This document shows positions 20,549-31,228 of a stretch of 64,000 nt of DNA, in pieces. How positions within the stretch are numbered: position 1 is the stretch's first letter; the number at the start of each line of letters is the position of its first letter. This stretch comes from Candidatus Poribacteria bacterium. Its GTDB lineage: Bacteria; Poribacteria; WGA-4E; WGA-3G. Position numbers and translations under genes: made by a program. The stretch lies in NCBI GenBank assembly GCA_964291315.2, contig OZ219753.1:1760001-1824000 (forward strand), given 5' to 3'. The notes under the pieces were generated by a model. That model searched no databases, was not told the origin of the DNA, and was given only the letters and a program-made list of their open reading frames with translations.

Positions 20549-21601
20549 CTATTTTGCCTGTTCAGGGAAGGGTGCCCGGATATCGTAACGTCCCTCTTCA
20601 AATACTGGTAACTTTCCACCTTCAACCAATAGATCGAGCGGGTTCGGCCGCGTGGTTAACGGGAACGTCACTACATTCTGGATCCGCAACGATTCATAAA
20701 TCGCCATCAGGATTTCTATTGTGCAAAGCCCATGCCTGCCAGCATTCCGGTGCTCCGCAACGTCTCCCTCAATCCACGCCAGCATTTCGCTGTATTGATT
20801 CGGTTCGTCCTGACGCGGTTCAATCGTCTGCCAGCCTTGAACCGTGCTGTTGAGCAGTTCGATCGTCCCGTTATCTCCACGCCGGAGTTGTCCATCGTCT
20901 CCATAGACGACATCGCCTCGGAGAGCAGGCCCCGGTAAATCACTCTCGTAGACACCCCGGATACCGCCTTCAAAGCAGATTTCTGCCATACATAAGTCCT
21001 CAGTCCGGACCCGCCGTTCCCATCGATCCGTTCGGCGTGCAACCTGTCCGATAAGCCATAACGGGTCTGGGTCGCCAAGGATGTAGCGCATCTCGTCAAC
21101 TTCGTGTGTGCCGCGGTTCAGCAGGCCGTGTCCATCGCGGCGGAGCATCGCTTGCGGTTGACCGATCGCGCCCTCCTCAATGAGACGACGTGCCTCACAG
21201 TTCTGCGGACTAAAACGCCGTTGGTGCCCAACCACCAACTTCACATCGTTCCTGTCGCAGACATCCATCATCTCTTGGGCATCGCCGACACAGGCCGCCA
21301 TCGGTTTCTCGGTAATGATACCGAGCACCCCACTTTCAGCAGCCGCTATCGTCGGTTCAGCACGTACACTTTGCCACGTCGTGATACTGACGATGTCCAA
21401 ATCCTCTCTGTCACACATTTCTCTGAAATCGGTATAGTGGGTTGGAAGCGAAAACGCCTCCGCAAATGCCGACGCAGAATCCGCGCTGATGTCCGAAGCC
21501 GTGACAACCTCCGCGCGACCTGTGCTCGCCCAATTATTTGCATGCGAACGTCCCATACCACCACATCCAATAATCCCGATACGATATGTTTTATCTGCCA
21601 T
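20549..21601 (-). CDS. Gfo/Idh/MocA family oxidoreductase
   Basis: GIIGCGGMG, TEKPMA, VGHQRRF, GTHEVD. Confidence 0.88.
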   Translation of the reverse strand: MADKTYRIGIIGCGGMGRSHANNWASTGRAEVVTASDISADSASAFAEAFSLPTHYTDFREMCDREDLDIVSITTWQSVRAEPTIAAAESGVLGIITEKPMAACVGDAQEMMDVCDRNDVKLVVGHQRRFSPQNCEARRLIEEGAIGQPQAMLRRDGHGLLNRGTHEVDEMRYILGDPDPLWLIGQVARRTDRWERRVRTEDLCMAEICFEGGIRGVYESDLPGPALRGDVVYGDDGQLRRGDNGTIELLNSTVQGWQTIEPRQDEPNQYSEMLAWIEGDVAEHRNAGRHGLCTIEILMAIYESLRIQNVVTFPLTTRPNPLDLLVEGGKLPVFEEGRYDIRAPFPEQAK

Positions 21602-21658
21602 CTGTTTTACCTTCCTATCTGCTGTCGGCTACCCGTCTCGGTCCTGCCTTGCAGCGTA

Positions 21659-21717
21659 TAGCATAGACTGTGAATCTGTGCATCCGTGTGTAGCATAAAC
21701 CTCCGCGGATTGTGCCT
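21659..21717. repeat. two degenerate REP-like palindromes
   Basis: tagcatagactgtgaatctgtgc and tgtagcataaacc...ggattgtgcc. Confidence 0.6.
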
Positions 21718-21980
21718 TAGGCCTATAAACATTAGAAAAATGACATACTAACAGAAATTATGAGGCAATACAAGTGAATTCCTGAAAAGTGTAGGACAAA
21801 CCCCTATAAACAGACTCACAAAAGATAGCATGTGTTTCTTTTGACACAACACCCCTGAACCGCAACCCTTGTATTTACTATAGTTTGTAACAAATACGGA
21901 ATTGGCATCGTTTATGCAATAGATGAGAGATGCTAAAACCAAACATTCCGCGACGAAGATTAGCGTAAGGAGCAAGGTAA

Positions 21981-23246
21981 ATGGAAAAATTAATTGTCAA
22001 AGGTGGAACCCAACTTGAAGGAAGCATCCCGGTCAGCGGTTGTAAAAACGCTGTTCTCCCCATCGCAGTCGCCGCTGCAATTCTCGGCGACGGAGTCAGC
22101 GTGCTACACAATGTACCGAACCTCACAGATGTCAACACCCTCCGCGCTGTGTTGGAAGGGCTCGGCGCAACAACTAAGCTAAAAAACGCAACCCTTTACA
22201 TCGAACCCATAAATCACTTGGAATATGAGGCACCCTACGAACTCGTACGGAAAATGCGGGCATCAATTTATGTCCTGGGACCCCTCGTCGCAAAATTAGG
22301 CAAGGCGAAAGTATCCTTCCCAGGCGGCTGCGCCATCGGAACACGCCCCATCGATCTGCACATCCTGGGGCTAGAGAACTTAGGAGCAGAAGTGACGGTG
22401 CAGCAGGGCTACATTTATGCCCAAGCAAAACGACTCACCGGCACAGAAATGTATCTCACAGGACAATATGGACCAAGCGTCGGCGCAACAGCAAACATCA
22501 TGATGGCCGCCACCTTGGCAGAAGGAACGACCGTTCTCCGCGGCGCAGCACGCGAACCACATATCTCTGACCTCGCTCATTTTCTCAACGCAATGGGAGC
22601 AGATATACAAGGCATCGGTACATCCGTCTTGACAATTCACGGCGTTAAGTACCTGCACGGCACCGAACACTCGGTCGTCTCGGACGATATCGAAGCAGGC
22701 ACTTTTATGGTCGCCGGTGCCATTACGAGAGGCGACGTTTACGTTCAAGGCGTTAGTGAAAACCAGCTGCCCGCGGTCTCTGAAAAACTCGTTGAAGCAG
22801 GAGTTGAACTAGACTGGGATCACAACGGAGTGCGTGTCAGAACACCGCACCAAATACGAGGCATTGATGTCACTACAACACCCTTCCCCGGTTTCCCTAC
22901 AGATATGCAGGCACAAATTATGGGGCTACTCTCTCTCGCATCCGGAACCAGCCTTATCTCTGAAAATGTTCACACAGACCGGTTCATCCACGCAGCAGAA
23001 TTGAACCGAATGGGCGCAAACATACTGCTTGACGGCAGCAAGGCGGTGATCAACGGTGTCCCAAAACTCAGTGGTGCCCCTGTCATGGCTTCTGACTTAC
23101 GCGCCGGCGCAGTCCTCGTCGCAGCCGGCATGGCAGCCACCGGAGAAACCGTCATCTCACGTATTTATCACATCGATCGCGGGTACGAAGCCATCGAGCA
23201 GAAACTGAACAACATCGGCGCAAATATTACCAGAGTTAACGATTAA
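21981..23246 (+). CDS. murA: UDP-N-acetylglucosamine 1-carboxyvinyltransferase
   Basis: SGCKNA, KMRAS, PGGCAIGTRPIDLH (catalytic Cys), PGFPTDMQ, DLRAG, HIDRGYE. Confidence 0.97.
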   Translation: MEKLIVKGGTQLEGSIPVSGCKNAVLPIAVAAAILGDGVSVLHNVPNLTDVNTLRAVLEGLGATTKLKNATLYIEPINHLEYEAPYELVRKMRASIYVLGPLVAKLGKAKVSFPGGCAIGTRPIDLHILGLENLGAEVTVQQGYIYAQAKRLTGTEMYLTGQYGPSVGATANIMMAATLAEGTTVLRGAAREPHISDLAHFLNAMGADIQGIGTSVLTIHGVKYLHGTEHSVVSDDIEAGTFMVAGAITRGDVYVQGVSENQLPAVSEKLVEAGVELDWDHNGVRVRTPHQIRGIDVTTTPFPGFPTDMQAQIMGLLSLASGTSLISENVHTDRFIHAAELNRMGANILLDGSKAVINGVPKLSGAPVMASDLRAGAVLVAAGMAATGETVISRIYHIDRGYEAIEQKLNNIGANITRVND

Positions 23247-23382
23247 AATAGCCATCAGCTAACTCTTCTGTACCCCCTAAACGCCTAGCTTAGGTCATAG
23301 ATTTTGTAGCATAACCCGTTCGACGCTGCATTTGCTCAAAACCACCGAAGCGCTATGCTATTAAAAGGAAAATTATTCATAC

Positions 23383-24681
23383 ATGTTGCGAATCGTTGAA
23401 ACCCACACTACAGAGGCCGATGCTTTCCTCTCGAAGTTGAAGACACGCGGTCACTTAACAGATAAAAGTATCTTGAAAACAGTCCGACGCACATTGAGCG
23501 ATGTACAAGACGAAGGCGATAAGGCAGTCGTTCGATATACCCATAAATTCGATGCCTCGCGTATTTCAGCTAAAGAACTGAAAGTGTCGAGAGAAGAATT
23601 TGGAAAAGCATACGCAGAAGTGCCATCCGAATTTATAGACGCAATTACGCACGCCAGAACAAACATAGAAAAATTTCACCAGAAACAGTTACGAACATCA
23701 TGGATGTCAACCGAATCAAACGGGGTAATGCTCGGGCATCTAATTCGTCCGATAAGACGAATCGGCGTTTGCGTCCCGGCTATCAGCCAGCTCCTTGTTT
23801 CCTCTGTGTTGATGAACGTCATCCCTGCCACCGTTGCCGGCGTTGAAGAAATCGCCGCCTGCATCCCACCAATGCAAAACACGGCTGTTAACCCCTATAT
23901 GCTGGTTACCGCATCAGAATGTGGGGTCCGAGAAATTTATAAATGCGGCGGAGCACAAGCCGTCGCCGCAATGGCATACGGAACCGATACCATACCACCT
24001 GTTGATAAAATCGTCGGACCCGGGAACCTCTACGTCCAATTTGCAAAAAAAGAGGTCTATGGACACGTCGATATAGACAAATTAGCGGGACCAAGCGAAA
24101 TCCTCATCATTGCTGACAACACGGCTGACCCAGATTACGCCGCAGCAGACCTAATTTCTCAAGCAGAACACAAAGCCGACTCCGCCGCCATCCTCATCAC
24201 TCCCTCGCCCGGCCTCGCAGAACAAGTCAAAGCAGCTATTGAGATCCAAGCCGAAGCACTCCCCCGCTACGAAGAAATAACACAAGCTTTTGAAAACTAC
24301 GGGGCAGCGTTTATCACCTCAGACTTAACGGAGGCGTTCCAGCTCGCCAACGAAATTGCCCCCGAACATCTCGAGCTACACATTGAAAATCCATTCGAGC
24401 GACTCGGAAACATCCATAATGCAGGGGCAATCCTTATAGGACCATATTCGCCAGAAGCCGTCGCCGACTACATCGCAGGACCAAACCATGTCTTGCCGAC
24501 AGGCACAGCCGCACGCTACGCCTCCCCGCTCAGTGTTGACGATTTCCTGAAAAAAACAAGCCTCGTTTCATATACCAAGGCGGCCTTAGAAGAAGTTACA
24601 CCAGCAGTTGTTAAATTAGCCAAAGTTGAAGGACTCGAAGGACATGCCAGCGCTATGAAAATCCGGATCAACGAAGACTAA
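23383..24681 (+). CDS. hisD: histidinol dehydrogenase
   Basis: GGAQAVAAMAYG, DKIVGPGN, AGPSE, SQAEH, APEHL, GPNHVLPT. Confidence 0.96.
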   Translation: MLRIVETHTTEADAFLSKLKTRGHLTDKSILKTVRRTLSDVQDEGDKAVVRYTHKFDASRISAKELKVSREEFGKAYAEVPSEFIDAITHARTNIEKFHQKQLRTSWMSTESNGVMLGHLIRPIRRIGVCVPAISQLLVSSVLMNVIPATVAGVEEIAACIPPMQNTAVNPYMLVTASECGVREIYKCGGAQAVAAMAYGTDTIPPVDKIVGPGNLYVQFAKKEVYGHVDIDKLAGPSEILIIADNTADPDYAAADLISQAEHKADSAAILITPSPGLAEQVKAAIEIQAEALPRYEEITQAFENYGAAFITSDLTEAFQLANEIAPEHLELHIENPFERLGNIHNAGAILIGPYSPEAVADYIAGPNHVLPTGTAARYASPLSVDDFLKKTSLVSYTKAALEEVTPAVVKLAKVEGLEGHASAMKIRINED

Positions 24682-24713
24682 ACCGGTATCTTTGACACCG
24701 AAACCTACACAAA

Positions 24714-25412
24714 ATGTTTCTCATGCCACTGAACCGACGTTTTCATCCCTCAGAACCGAGCCTATCCAACCGAAAACCTATACAATCACCCGTCGCTACG
24801 TTCTCAATTGTCGGATATGATGCAGAAACCGGTGCCCTCGGCATCGCCGTGCAATCCAAATTCTTCGCTGTCGGATCCGTCGTTCCATGGGCAGAAGCCG
24901 GCCTTGGCGCGATTGCAACACAATCCTGGGCAAATACAACCTACGGCCCCAACGGTCTAAAACACCTCAAGAGTGGACTCTCTGCAGAGCAGGCTTTGGA
25001 ACGGCTCATCCGCGACGACACCGGACAAGCAACGCGACAGGTCGGTATTGTCGACGCAAAAGGAAACGCCGCTAATTATACTGGCCACGAATGTAACCAA
25101 TGGGCGGGAGCAGTCTCAGGTGAGCACTACACAGCTCAAGGGAACATCCTCGCAACCGAAAACGTTGTCAAAGCAATAGGGAGAACATTTGAAGAAACCG
25201 AAGCGGAGCTCGCAGATAAATTAATCGCAGCACAAAAAGCAGGCGGCGATACACGCGGACAACAATCAGCCGCATTGCTCGTCGTACAAGAACACAGCGG
25301 CTACGGGCATTTCAACGACCGGTACATCGATCTACGCGTGGACGACGCTCAGAAACCGATTGAAGAACTTCAGCGGTTGTTAGAAATTCACAAGCAAGTG
25401 GTGCCTCGGTAG
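24714..25412 (+). CDS. DUF1028 (Ntn-hydrolase-like) protein
   Basis: TFSIV, GIAVQS, GAIATQS, AQGNIL, GGDTRGQQSAAL, DLRVDD. Confidence 0.85.
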   Translation: MFLMPLNRRFHPSEPSLSNRKPIQSPVATFSIVGYDAETGALGIAVQSKFFAVGSVVPWAEAGLGAIATQSWANTTYGPNGLKHLKSGLSAEQALERLIRDDTGQATRQVGIVDAKGNAANYTGHECNQWAGAVSGEHYTAQGNILATENVVKAIGRTFEETEAELADKLIAAQKAGGDTRGQQSAALLVVQEHSGYGHFNDRYIDLRVDDAQKPIEELQRLLEIHKQVVPR

Positions 25413-25483
25413 CTCCTACCATTGACGACAACAAGCACCTACCACTATATCATCCCACCAACACGCTATTAGATAAAAAGCAT

Positions 25484-25927
25484 CTATTCTACCGGCTCAT
25501 CTAACACAAAAAGAGGCCGTTTAAAACGTGCCCGAATCCCGTTCGCAGCTGACAGAATCACTGGTAAACGAATAATCCGCAGTTCCAACTTCCGCTTGCC
25601 CGGAATATCACTGATCACAACGCCTACCAGCAGCGTCAAAATCCCTTGACCCGGTGCAAATAACTGAACAAATCCTACTAAAATAAGCACTGCTGAAAAC
25701 AGATTTTTTAATACCTTCAGCGCCAATCGCAAAACCGGGTGCCCAATACGGTTGGCCCGCCTCTTCGATTGGAAATAGTCCGGCGGCAGGTAAGTAATGA
25801 CGAAGGTACAAAAGAGAATAGTCCCAATAATACTAGCAGCTGAGATAACAAAGAGTACCACAATATTCACTTTTGCCCACTCAAAGAGAGCAAGGCAGTG
25901 CATTTTCAAGGTATCAACAAACCCCAA
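25484..25927 (-). CDS. PGPGW-like small membrane protein
   Basis: TM helices, LPPDYF, LKN..., APGQGIL. Confidence 0.65.
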   Translation of the reverse strand: MGFVDTLKMHCLALFEWAKVNIVVLFVISAASIIGTILFCTFVITYLPPDYFQSKRRANRIGHPVLRLALKVLKNLFSAVLILVGFVQLFAPGQGILTLLVGVVISDIPGKRKLELRIIRLPVILSAANGIRARFKRPLFVLDEPVE

Positions 25928-26198
25928 GAAAGTTTTCTCCTAATTTGATAATTTATCCCATGCTATCTTCACTGTTTTTCCAATATCTCTATATACTATT
26001 TTACCATAACCACTCTCTATCTGCAAGCTTCCATTTCAGTACTGTCATGTTGCACATTCGCGTTCAGTTAACAGAGCATCCTTACACCTATAAATTTTTT
26101 AGTTGACAAATCCTTGTAAAAAATTTATTATAATTTACAAGCGTAGAACGTCAAAATTTAAACACCGCTCAGCATTTCAGAAAAAGAGAGATATTCTT

Positions 26199-27731
26199 TT
26201 GGAACAGAAACACAGACCTATTCGTTGGTGGCCCCTTTTCGCCCTTCCTTGTCTTGCCGTTTTGGGCATCGCAGTCGTATGGATGCTGGATGCAGGGCAT
26301 CGCCAAGACAAGGTTTTCCTAACATTCACTATCATCATACTTGCTACCCTTTTGGGGTTTTTGTGGTTGCTCGGTTTTTCTCGATTGAGCTGGCGGATTA
26401 AACTAATCACTTGCGCCACAGTCGCTCTCACAGTTTTTATCGGTACAAGTCTATTCCAATTCAAAGGTTTCAGTGGGGACCTTGTTCCACTATTTGAATG
26501 GCGATGGCAACAGAAACGATCGGTCTTCCAAGCCGACTCCAATAGCACAACGGACCCCCAAACAGAAACAACCAACTACCCACAATTCCTTGGACCCAAT
26601 CGGAACGGGGTAGTGACAAGCATCAAACTGAATCCTGACTGGGAGACACATCCACCGAAGTTAATGTGGCGCAGACCCGTCGGCGCCGGCTGGTCAGGCT
26701 TCGCAGTTGTCGGGAATACAGCTATTACGCAGGAACAAGAGAACGACTGGGAGAAAGTTGTCGCCTATGACCTACACACCGGCGAAATCCTCTGGACTCA
26801 TCAAGACAGGGCGCGCTACTACACCGCCCCCGCCGGGCTCGGGCCGCGGGCAACCCCGACGATCGCTGGAAACAGGGTCTACACCCTCGGTGCAACAGGG
26901 ATTTTCAACTGCTTGGACCTTGAAACAGGTGAACAACTCTGGACAAAGAATATCTTTGAAGAAAACAACGCTAAACCGCCACCTTTTGGCATCAGTATCT
27001 CGCCGCTCGTCCTTGATGACCTCGTAATTGTCAGCGCCGGCGGCGCAGTGGCTTACCACAAAAAAACAGGAGAAATCGCCTGGATAGGACACCGGATCCA
27101 GAGCGGGTATAGCTCACCGATGCTCACAACTTTAGCAGGCATCGAACAAGTCGTTATCTTTAATAGAGGTCTAATCACTGCACATGAACCCCTCACCGGT
27201 AAACTCTTGTGGAAGCAGCCCTGGGTGAAAAGCTACACAGAATATGTCGCGCAGCCCGTCCCGCTGCCAGATGATCAACTCCTTTTTTCCACAGGCTACG
27301 GTGTCGGGGCCAAGTTATTTCAAATCTCTCGTAACGACACAGATAAATTCAACGTTATACCTATATGGGAAACAATATATCTCAAAGCCAAGTTTACGAA
27401 TATTATCTATCATGAAGGTTACATTTATGGACTTGACGACGGTATCTTCGCCTGTATAAACCCATCCGACGGCACACGTCAATGGAAAAGAGGTCGGTAC
27501 GGACACGGGCAAACGCTTTTAATCTCAAATCTGCTACTTGTATCGACTGAATCTGGCGACATCGTCCTAATAGAACCAGACCCCGAAAACCATAAAGAAC
27601 TCGCTCGTTTCAACGCCTTAGAAGGTAAAACATGGAACACACCAGCACTCACAGGTTCCTATCTTCTCGTACGAAACGATCAAGAAGCAGCCTGCTACCA
27701 ATTGCCAATCAGAGAAACTGACAAAAAATAA
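26199..27731 (+). CDS. membrane-anchored PQQ-like beta-propeller repeat protein
   Basis: Three N-terminal TM segments, PQFLGPNRNG, GPRATP, YSSP, TWNTP. Start moved to TTG 26199 because 26103 is the TTGACA of a promoter-like TTGACA-17-TATTAT. Confidence 0.8.
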   Translation: MEQKHRPIRWWPLFALPCLAVLGIAVVWMLDAGHRQDKVFLTFTIIILATLLGFLWLLGFSRLSWRIKLITCATVALTVFIGTSLFQFKGFSGDLVPLFEWRWQQKRSVFQADSNSTTDPQTETTNYPQFLGPNRNGVVTSIKLNPDWETHPPKLMWRRPVGAGWSGFAVVGNTAITQEQENDWEKVVAYDLHTGEILWTHQDRARYYTAPAGLGPRATPTIAGNRVYTLGATGIFNCLDLETGEQLWTKNIFEENNAKPPPFGISISPLVLDDLVIVSAGGAVAYHKKTGEIAWIGHRIQSGYSSPMLTTLAGIEQVVIFNRGLITAHEPLTGKLLWKQPWVKSYTEYVAQPVPLPDDQLLFSTGYGVGAKLFQISRNDTDKFNVIPIWETIYLKAKFTNIIYHEGYIYGLDDGIFACINPSDGTRQWKRGRYGHGQTLLISNLLLVSTESGDIVLIEPDPENHKELARFNALEGKTWNTPALTGSYLLVRNDQEAACYQLPIRETDKK

Positions 27732-27817
27732 CACAACTCTTGTTAATTAGGATACCAATTTTAACCTACACTCACATCCGATGAGCATAGCAAATGAGAA
27801 AGGAAGAGGACAATAGC

Positions 27818-28753
27818 ATGTTCGTACTCATACGAAAATTATCTAGATTATTCGTCTGTTGTAGCATTGGATTATTACTTCCCATATCTACGTTGTCCGC
27901 CAGCACCTACCGCAACATCCCGAGGAGCCTTCAGAAAACAATCGATTCGCCCCTAGAAGCCGACTTCGAGCGACACGTCAAGCGCCAGCGGGGCCGTAAA
28001 ATTTTAGCTACAACTGACCGAACAAGCTTCCTTGTCTACGATATTACAAAAAGTAAAAAGCTCGTGTCAATCAACGAAAACCGGCAAATGATGGCAGCAT
28101 CCCTCATTAAGAACTTTGTTATGCTCGCATATTTCCATGAAGTCAAATACGGACGGCAAGCACACACCTCCGCAAATAAGGGACACCTGAGAAATATGAT
28201 CCAGCGGAGCTCAAATCCATCAACTAACTATTTTATACGACTACTTGGAGGACCATCACGGGTCCACCGGATACTCCAAGCAAACTACCCCTATTTCAAA
28301 CAGACCCGAGTCCTCGAATATATCCCCCGCGGCGGAAGAACATACAGGAATATGACCTCCGCACGCGACCTAAGTATGTTTTGCTTGCAGCTCTGGAAAG
28401 GAAGACTCCCCCATTCCGACAAGATGAAGTACTACCTTAAACTCAAAAATGGGGATTACATCTTCAAAAATACCTACATCCCCGCATCAGTCGCAGTCTA
28501 CAATAAAACAGGGACTGTCTATGGATTGGTCGGCGATGGCGGGATCTTGGTACTTCGCGACCCACGCGGCAAACCCAGACCCTATGTCTTTATCGGAATG
28601 ATTGAGGACAAAACAAAAACAAGCCGAAGAAACCGATGGCACTCCTTCACAACATGGAGAAATCGACGGGCCTACATCCTGCGAAGACTCTCTGAAAAAG
28701 CGTATAAGTACATCTATGAAAAACATTACGGCGGTAGATTAGTGCACCGCTAA
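27818..28753 (+). CDS. serine hydrolase, class A beta-lactamase-like/PBP fold, secreted
   Basis: Signal peptide, ASLIK (SxxK), SSN (SxN), KTG. Confidence 0.8.
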   Translation: MFVLIRKLSRLFVCCSIGLLLPISTLSASTYRNIPRSLQKTIDSPLEADFERHVKRQRGRKILATTDRTSFLVYDITKSKKLVSINENRQMMAASLIKNFVMLAYFHEVKYGRQAHTSANKGHLRNMIQRSSNPSTNYFIRLLGGPSRVHRILQANYPYFKQTRVLEYIPRGGRTYRNMTSARDLSMFCLQLWKGRLPHSDKMKYYLKLKNGDYIFKNTYIPASVAVYNKTGTVYGLVGDGGILVLRDPRGKPRPYVFIGMIEDKTKTSRRNRWHSFTTWRNRRAYILRRLSEKAYKYIYEKHYGGRLVHR

Positions 28754-28771
28754 ACCTATATCGGGACTCTT

Positions 28772-29428
28772 ATGCCACACATCGTCGACATCGGCAAACG
28801 TATTGAACTCATACCGCTCGATACGCACTTCCACGACATTACTATCGGGCTCTACCGCCAGCAATCTGTTAACGACTCTACCAGCGAACAGACCTCTCTA
28901 TTTTTGGTCCATACTTACAGTCATATCGCAGGGGCTGCCGGAAGAATAGCAGACATCAAACGAACCATGCAAACGCTCGGAGGAATGCTAGAAACACCTA
29001 CCGGCCTCCTCTATTTTCCCTGTGGAGACGCGCATCAAGCCGCCTGTCGCCGCATCTTCTTAGAAGCTGGTAAAATCGCACTAGAAACCAACGTTGAACC
29101 CCGACCCCTACAGACGATCGACAAGAAATCACAGCTCACTATCACGGTCTGCTCCAATGGAAACGGGGTCTATGCCGTCAGAGCAGACGGTGAAGGTAAA
29201 GGCGCAAGACGACGCATCGCTGCAATAGCAGCCGGCCTAGTCAAATTGGGCGAAATGGACAACACCAGGGCCGATAGTATAGGTACTGTCGCTTTCGATT
29301 GTGGACACACACACGACGCACTCGTTGGACTTCTACTCGCTCGGGCACCGAACGTCAGGGTTGCTCTGCGAGAAGAGGAGATGAACGCCTCGCGTGGCGT
29401 ACTCGCTGCACCCAGCCGACACGTGTAA
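28772..29428 (+). CDS. hypothetical protein with duplicated FxCGxxH motif
   Basis: 218-aa ORF with host-like codon usage; FPCGDAH and FDCGHTH. Confidence 0.65.
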   Translation: MPHIVDIGKRIELIPLDTHFHDITIGLYRQQSVNDSTSEQTSLFLVHTYSHIAGAAGRIADIKRTMQTLGGMLETPTGLLYFPCGDAHQAACRRIFLEAGKIALETNVEPRPLQTIDKKSQLTITVCSNGNGVYAVRADGEGKGARRRIAAIAAGLVKLGEMDNTRADSIGTVAFDCGHTHDALVGLLLARAPNVRVALREEEMNASRGVLAAPSRHV

Positions 29429-29601
29429 AATTCGCCAAGGCAAGAATACAAAATCAAGTCCTTGATCTTCCGCTCTTTACACCGCAAGCCTATCTTCACT
29501 TCTTTTGTGGACGCAGGCGGATAACGGATCGAGCGATGTCAACCTCATCGAACGTACAGTATAGAAATACGGGTATAATGATGAAAGAACAAGCTGGACA
29601 A

Positions 29602-30204
29602 ATGAAAATCGTACTCGGGCTCGACTCGGGACTAGCAAATTGCGGATACGGTGTCGTCGCCCGCAGCAGCAGCGGGTTTGTCTGCTTAGCCCACGGTAAC
29701 ATTCGAACAAAGGCAGATTCTCCAAGACCAGACCGACTTCTGAAAATCTATCAGCACGCAGCCGAGCTAATAACCGAATGGAACCCCTCGAAAATCAGTA
29801 TAGAATCTATCTATTGGAATCGGAACCAAAAAAGTTGTCTACCCACCGCCGAGGTAATAGGTGTTTTGCAACTCGCTGCCGTCCAAAAAAATGTTGAAGT
29901 CATGATGTTCTCTCCGCAATCTGTCAAATCTGCAGTTACAGGAATCCCCGATGCCTCCAAAACACAAGTCATGAGAATGACCCAAAAACTCCTAGGTATG
30001 AAAAAACCTGTTACCCCCAGCCACGCTGCAGACGCTTTAGGATGCGCCATCGCAGCATTGATCTGTAGAAATACGGCGCTCTTAGAACACAAGCACGATT
30101 CACCGGAAATACCGGATAACCGAATAAAAAAAAATACTTCGCTCATTCACAGAACAGGGGCAAAAAGTGGAAAACCAAGCTATCAAACCAATGAACGGCC
30201 GTGA
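29602..30204 (+). CDS. ruvC: crossover junction endodeoxyribonuclease RuvC
   Basis: VLGLDSG..NCGYGVV, IESIY, SPQSVKSAVTG..ASKTQV, HAADALGCA; the upstream part of the 29299 ORF is probably not translated. Confidence 0.85.
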   Translation: MKIVLGLDSGLANCGYGVVARSSSGFVCLAHGNIRTKADSPRPDRLLKIYQHAAELITEWNPSKISIESIYWNRNQKSCLPTAEVIGVLQLAAVQKNVEVMMFSPQSVKSAVTGIPDASKTQVMRMTQKLLGMKKPVTPSHAADALGCAIAALICRNTALLEHKHDSPEIPDNRIKKNTSLIHRTGAKSGKPSYQTNERP

Positions 30205-31207
30205 GCGCGTGCTCGCTGCACTTCGTAATGAACCTACCGATCGCACACCCGTTTGCAACCCTACATCCGTAGCGACTGTTGAACTGATGGATCTAGTCGA
30301 TGCCCCGTTCCCACAAGCGAATCGAGAACCCCAGCTCATGGCACGCCTCGCCGCAACAGGATACACCGAACTCGGATTCGACTCCATCATGCCGGTCTTC
30401 TCTATCATCCAAGAATCAAGCGCCCTCGGATGCAAAGTACAGTGGGAACAGAAAGACAACTGGCCCACCGTTAAAATGCGTGAACCGATCTGGGAAGATG
30501 CCGACGATATCGTTATTCCAGACAATTTCTTAACGCATCCAGATACCCGATGCGTCCTTGAAGCAATTAAAATCTTGAAAAAGGAGTATGGGGACGACGT
30601 CGCTATCATCGGAAAGACGATGGGACCCTGGTCGCTCGGTTATCACTGTTTCGGCGTCGAACCCTTCCTCTTGCTCTCTCTCGACGACCCCGGCAAAACA
30701 AAACTCGCACTAGAGCGGATGAAGGAAGCCACTGTCCAATTCGGTGTCGCTCAAATCGAGGCAGGCGCAGATGCACTCACCCTTCCCGACCACGCTACAG
30801 GCGATCTCGTCAGTGGAGAATACTACCAACGTTACCTCCAAGACCTTCACACCGAATTCGTCGAACGAATCCCTATCCCTTTGATCCTCCATATTTGTGG
30901 ACGCACCGTCGACCGTATGGAATATATCGCGCAAACGGGCATGGCAGCGTTCCATTACGACTCCAAAAACGAACCACAAGAATCCATGGACATCGTGAAA
31001 AAGCGAACCGCCCTCATCGGAAACATCAACAATCCAGAAACGCTGTTTGCCAAAGAACCAAAAGATGTTCAAGCGGAAGTTGTGAAAAACCTTGAAGCAG
31101 GCGTACCACTGATTGCACCCGAGTGCGCAATCCCGCTACAAACAACCATAGAGAACCTCCAAACAATCCCCAAAGCCGTCCATGAATGGCACCACACACA
31201 CGCATAA
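30167..31207 (+). CDS. MtaA/CmuA (uroporphyrinogen decarboxylase fold) methyltransferase family protein
   Basis: RERVLAAL...DRTPV, GPWS, LHICG (HxC Zn), GNIN, APECAIP. Confidence 0.82.
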   Translation: MENQAIKPMNGRERVLAALRNEPTDRTPVCNPTSVATVELMDLVDAPFPQANREPQLMARLAATGYTELGFDSIMPVFSIIQESSALGCKVQWEQKDNWPTVKMREPIWEDADDIVIPDNFLTHPDTRCVLEAIKILKKEYGDDVAIIGKTMGPWSLGYHCFGVEPFLLLSLDDPGKTKLALERMKEATVQFGVAQIEAGADALTLPDHATGDLVSGEYYQRYLQDLHTEFVERIPIPLILHICGRTVDRMEYIAQTGMAAFHYDSKNEPQESMDIVKKRTALIGNINNPETLFAKEPKDVQAEVVKNLEAGVPLIAPECAIPLQTTIENLQTIPKAVHEWHHTHA

Positions 31208-31228
31208 ACTGACATACGGAACACACAG

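Noticed and set aside
27818-28753. Bona fide beta-lactam resistance gene
   Set aside because: Has the SxxK/SxN/KTG fold motifs but no recognisable class A omega-loop ExxLN; more likely a cell-wall-related serine hydrolase.
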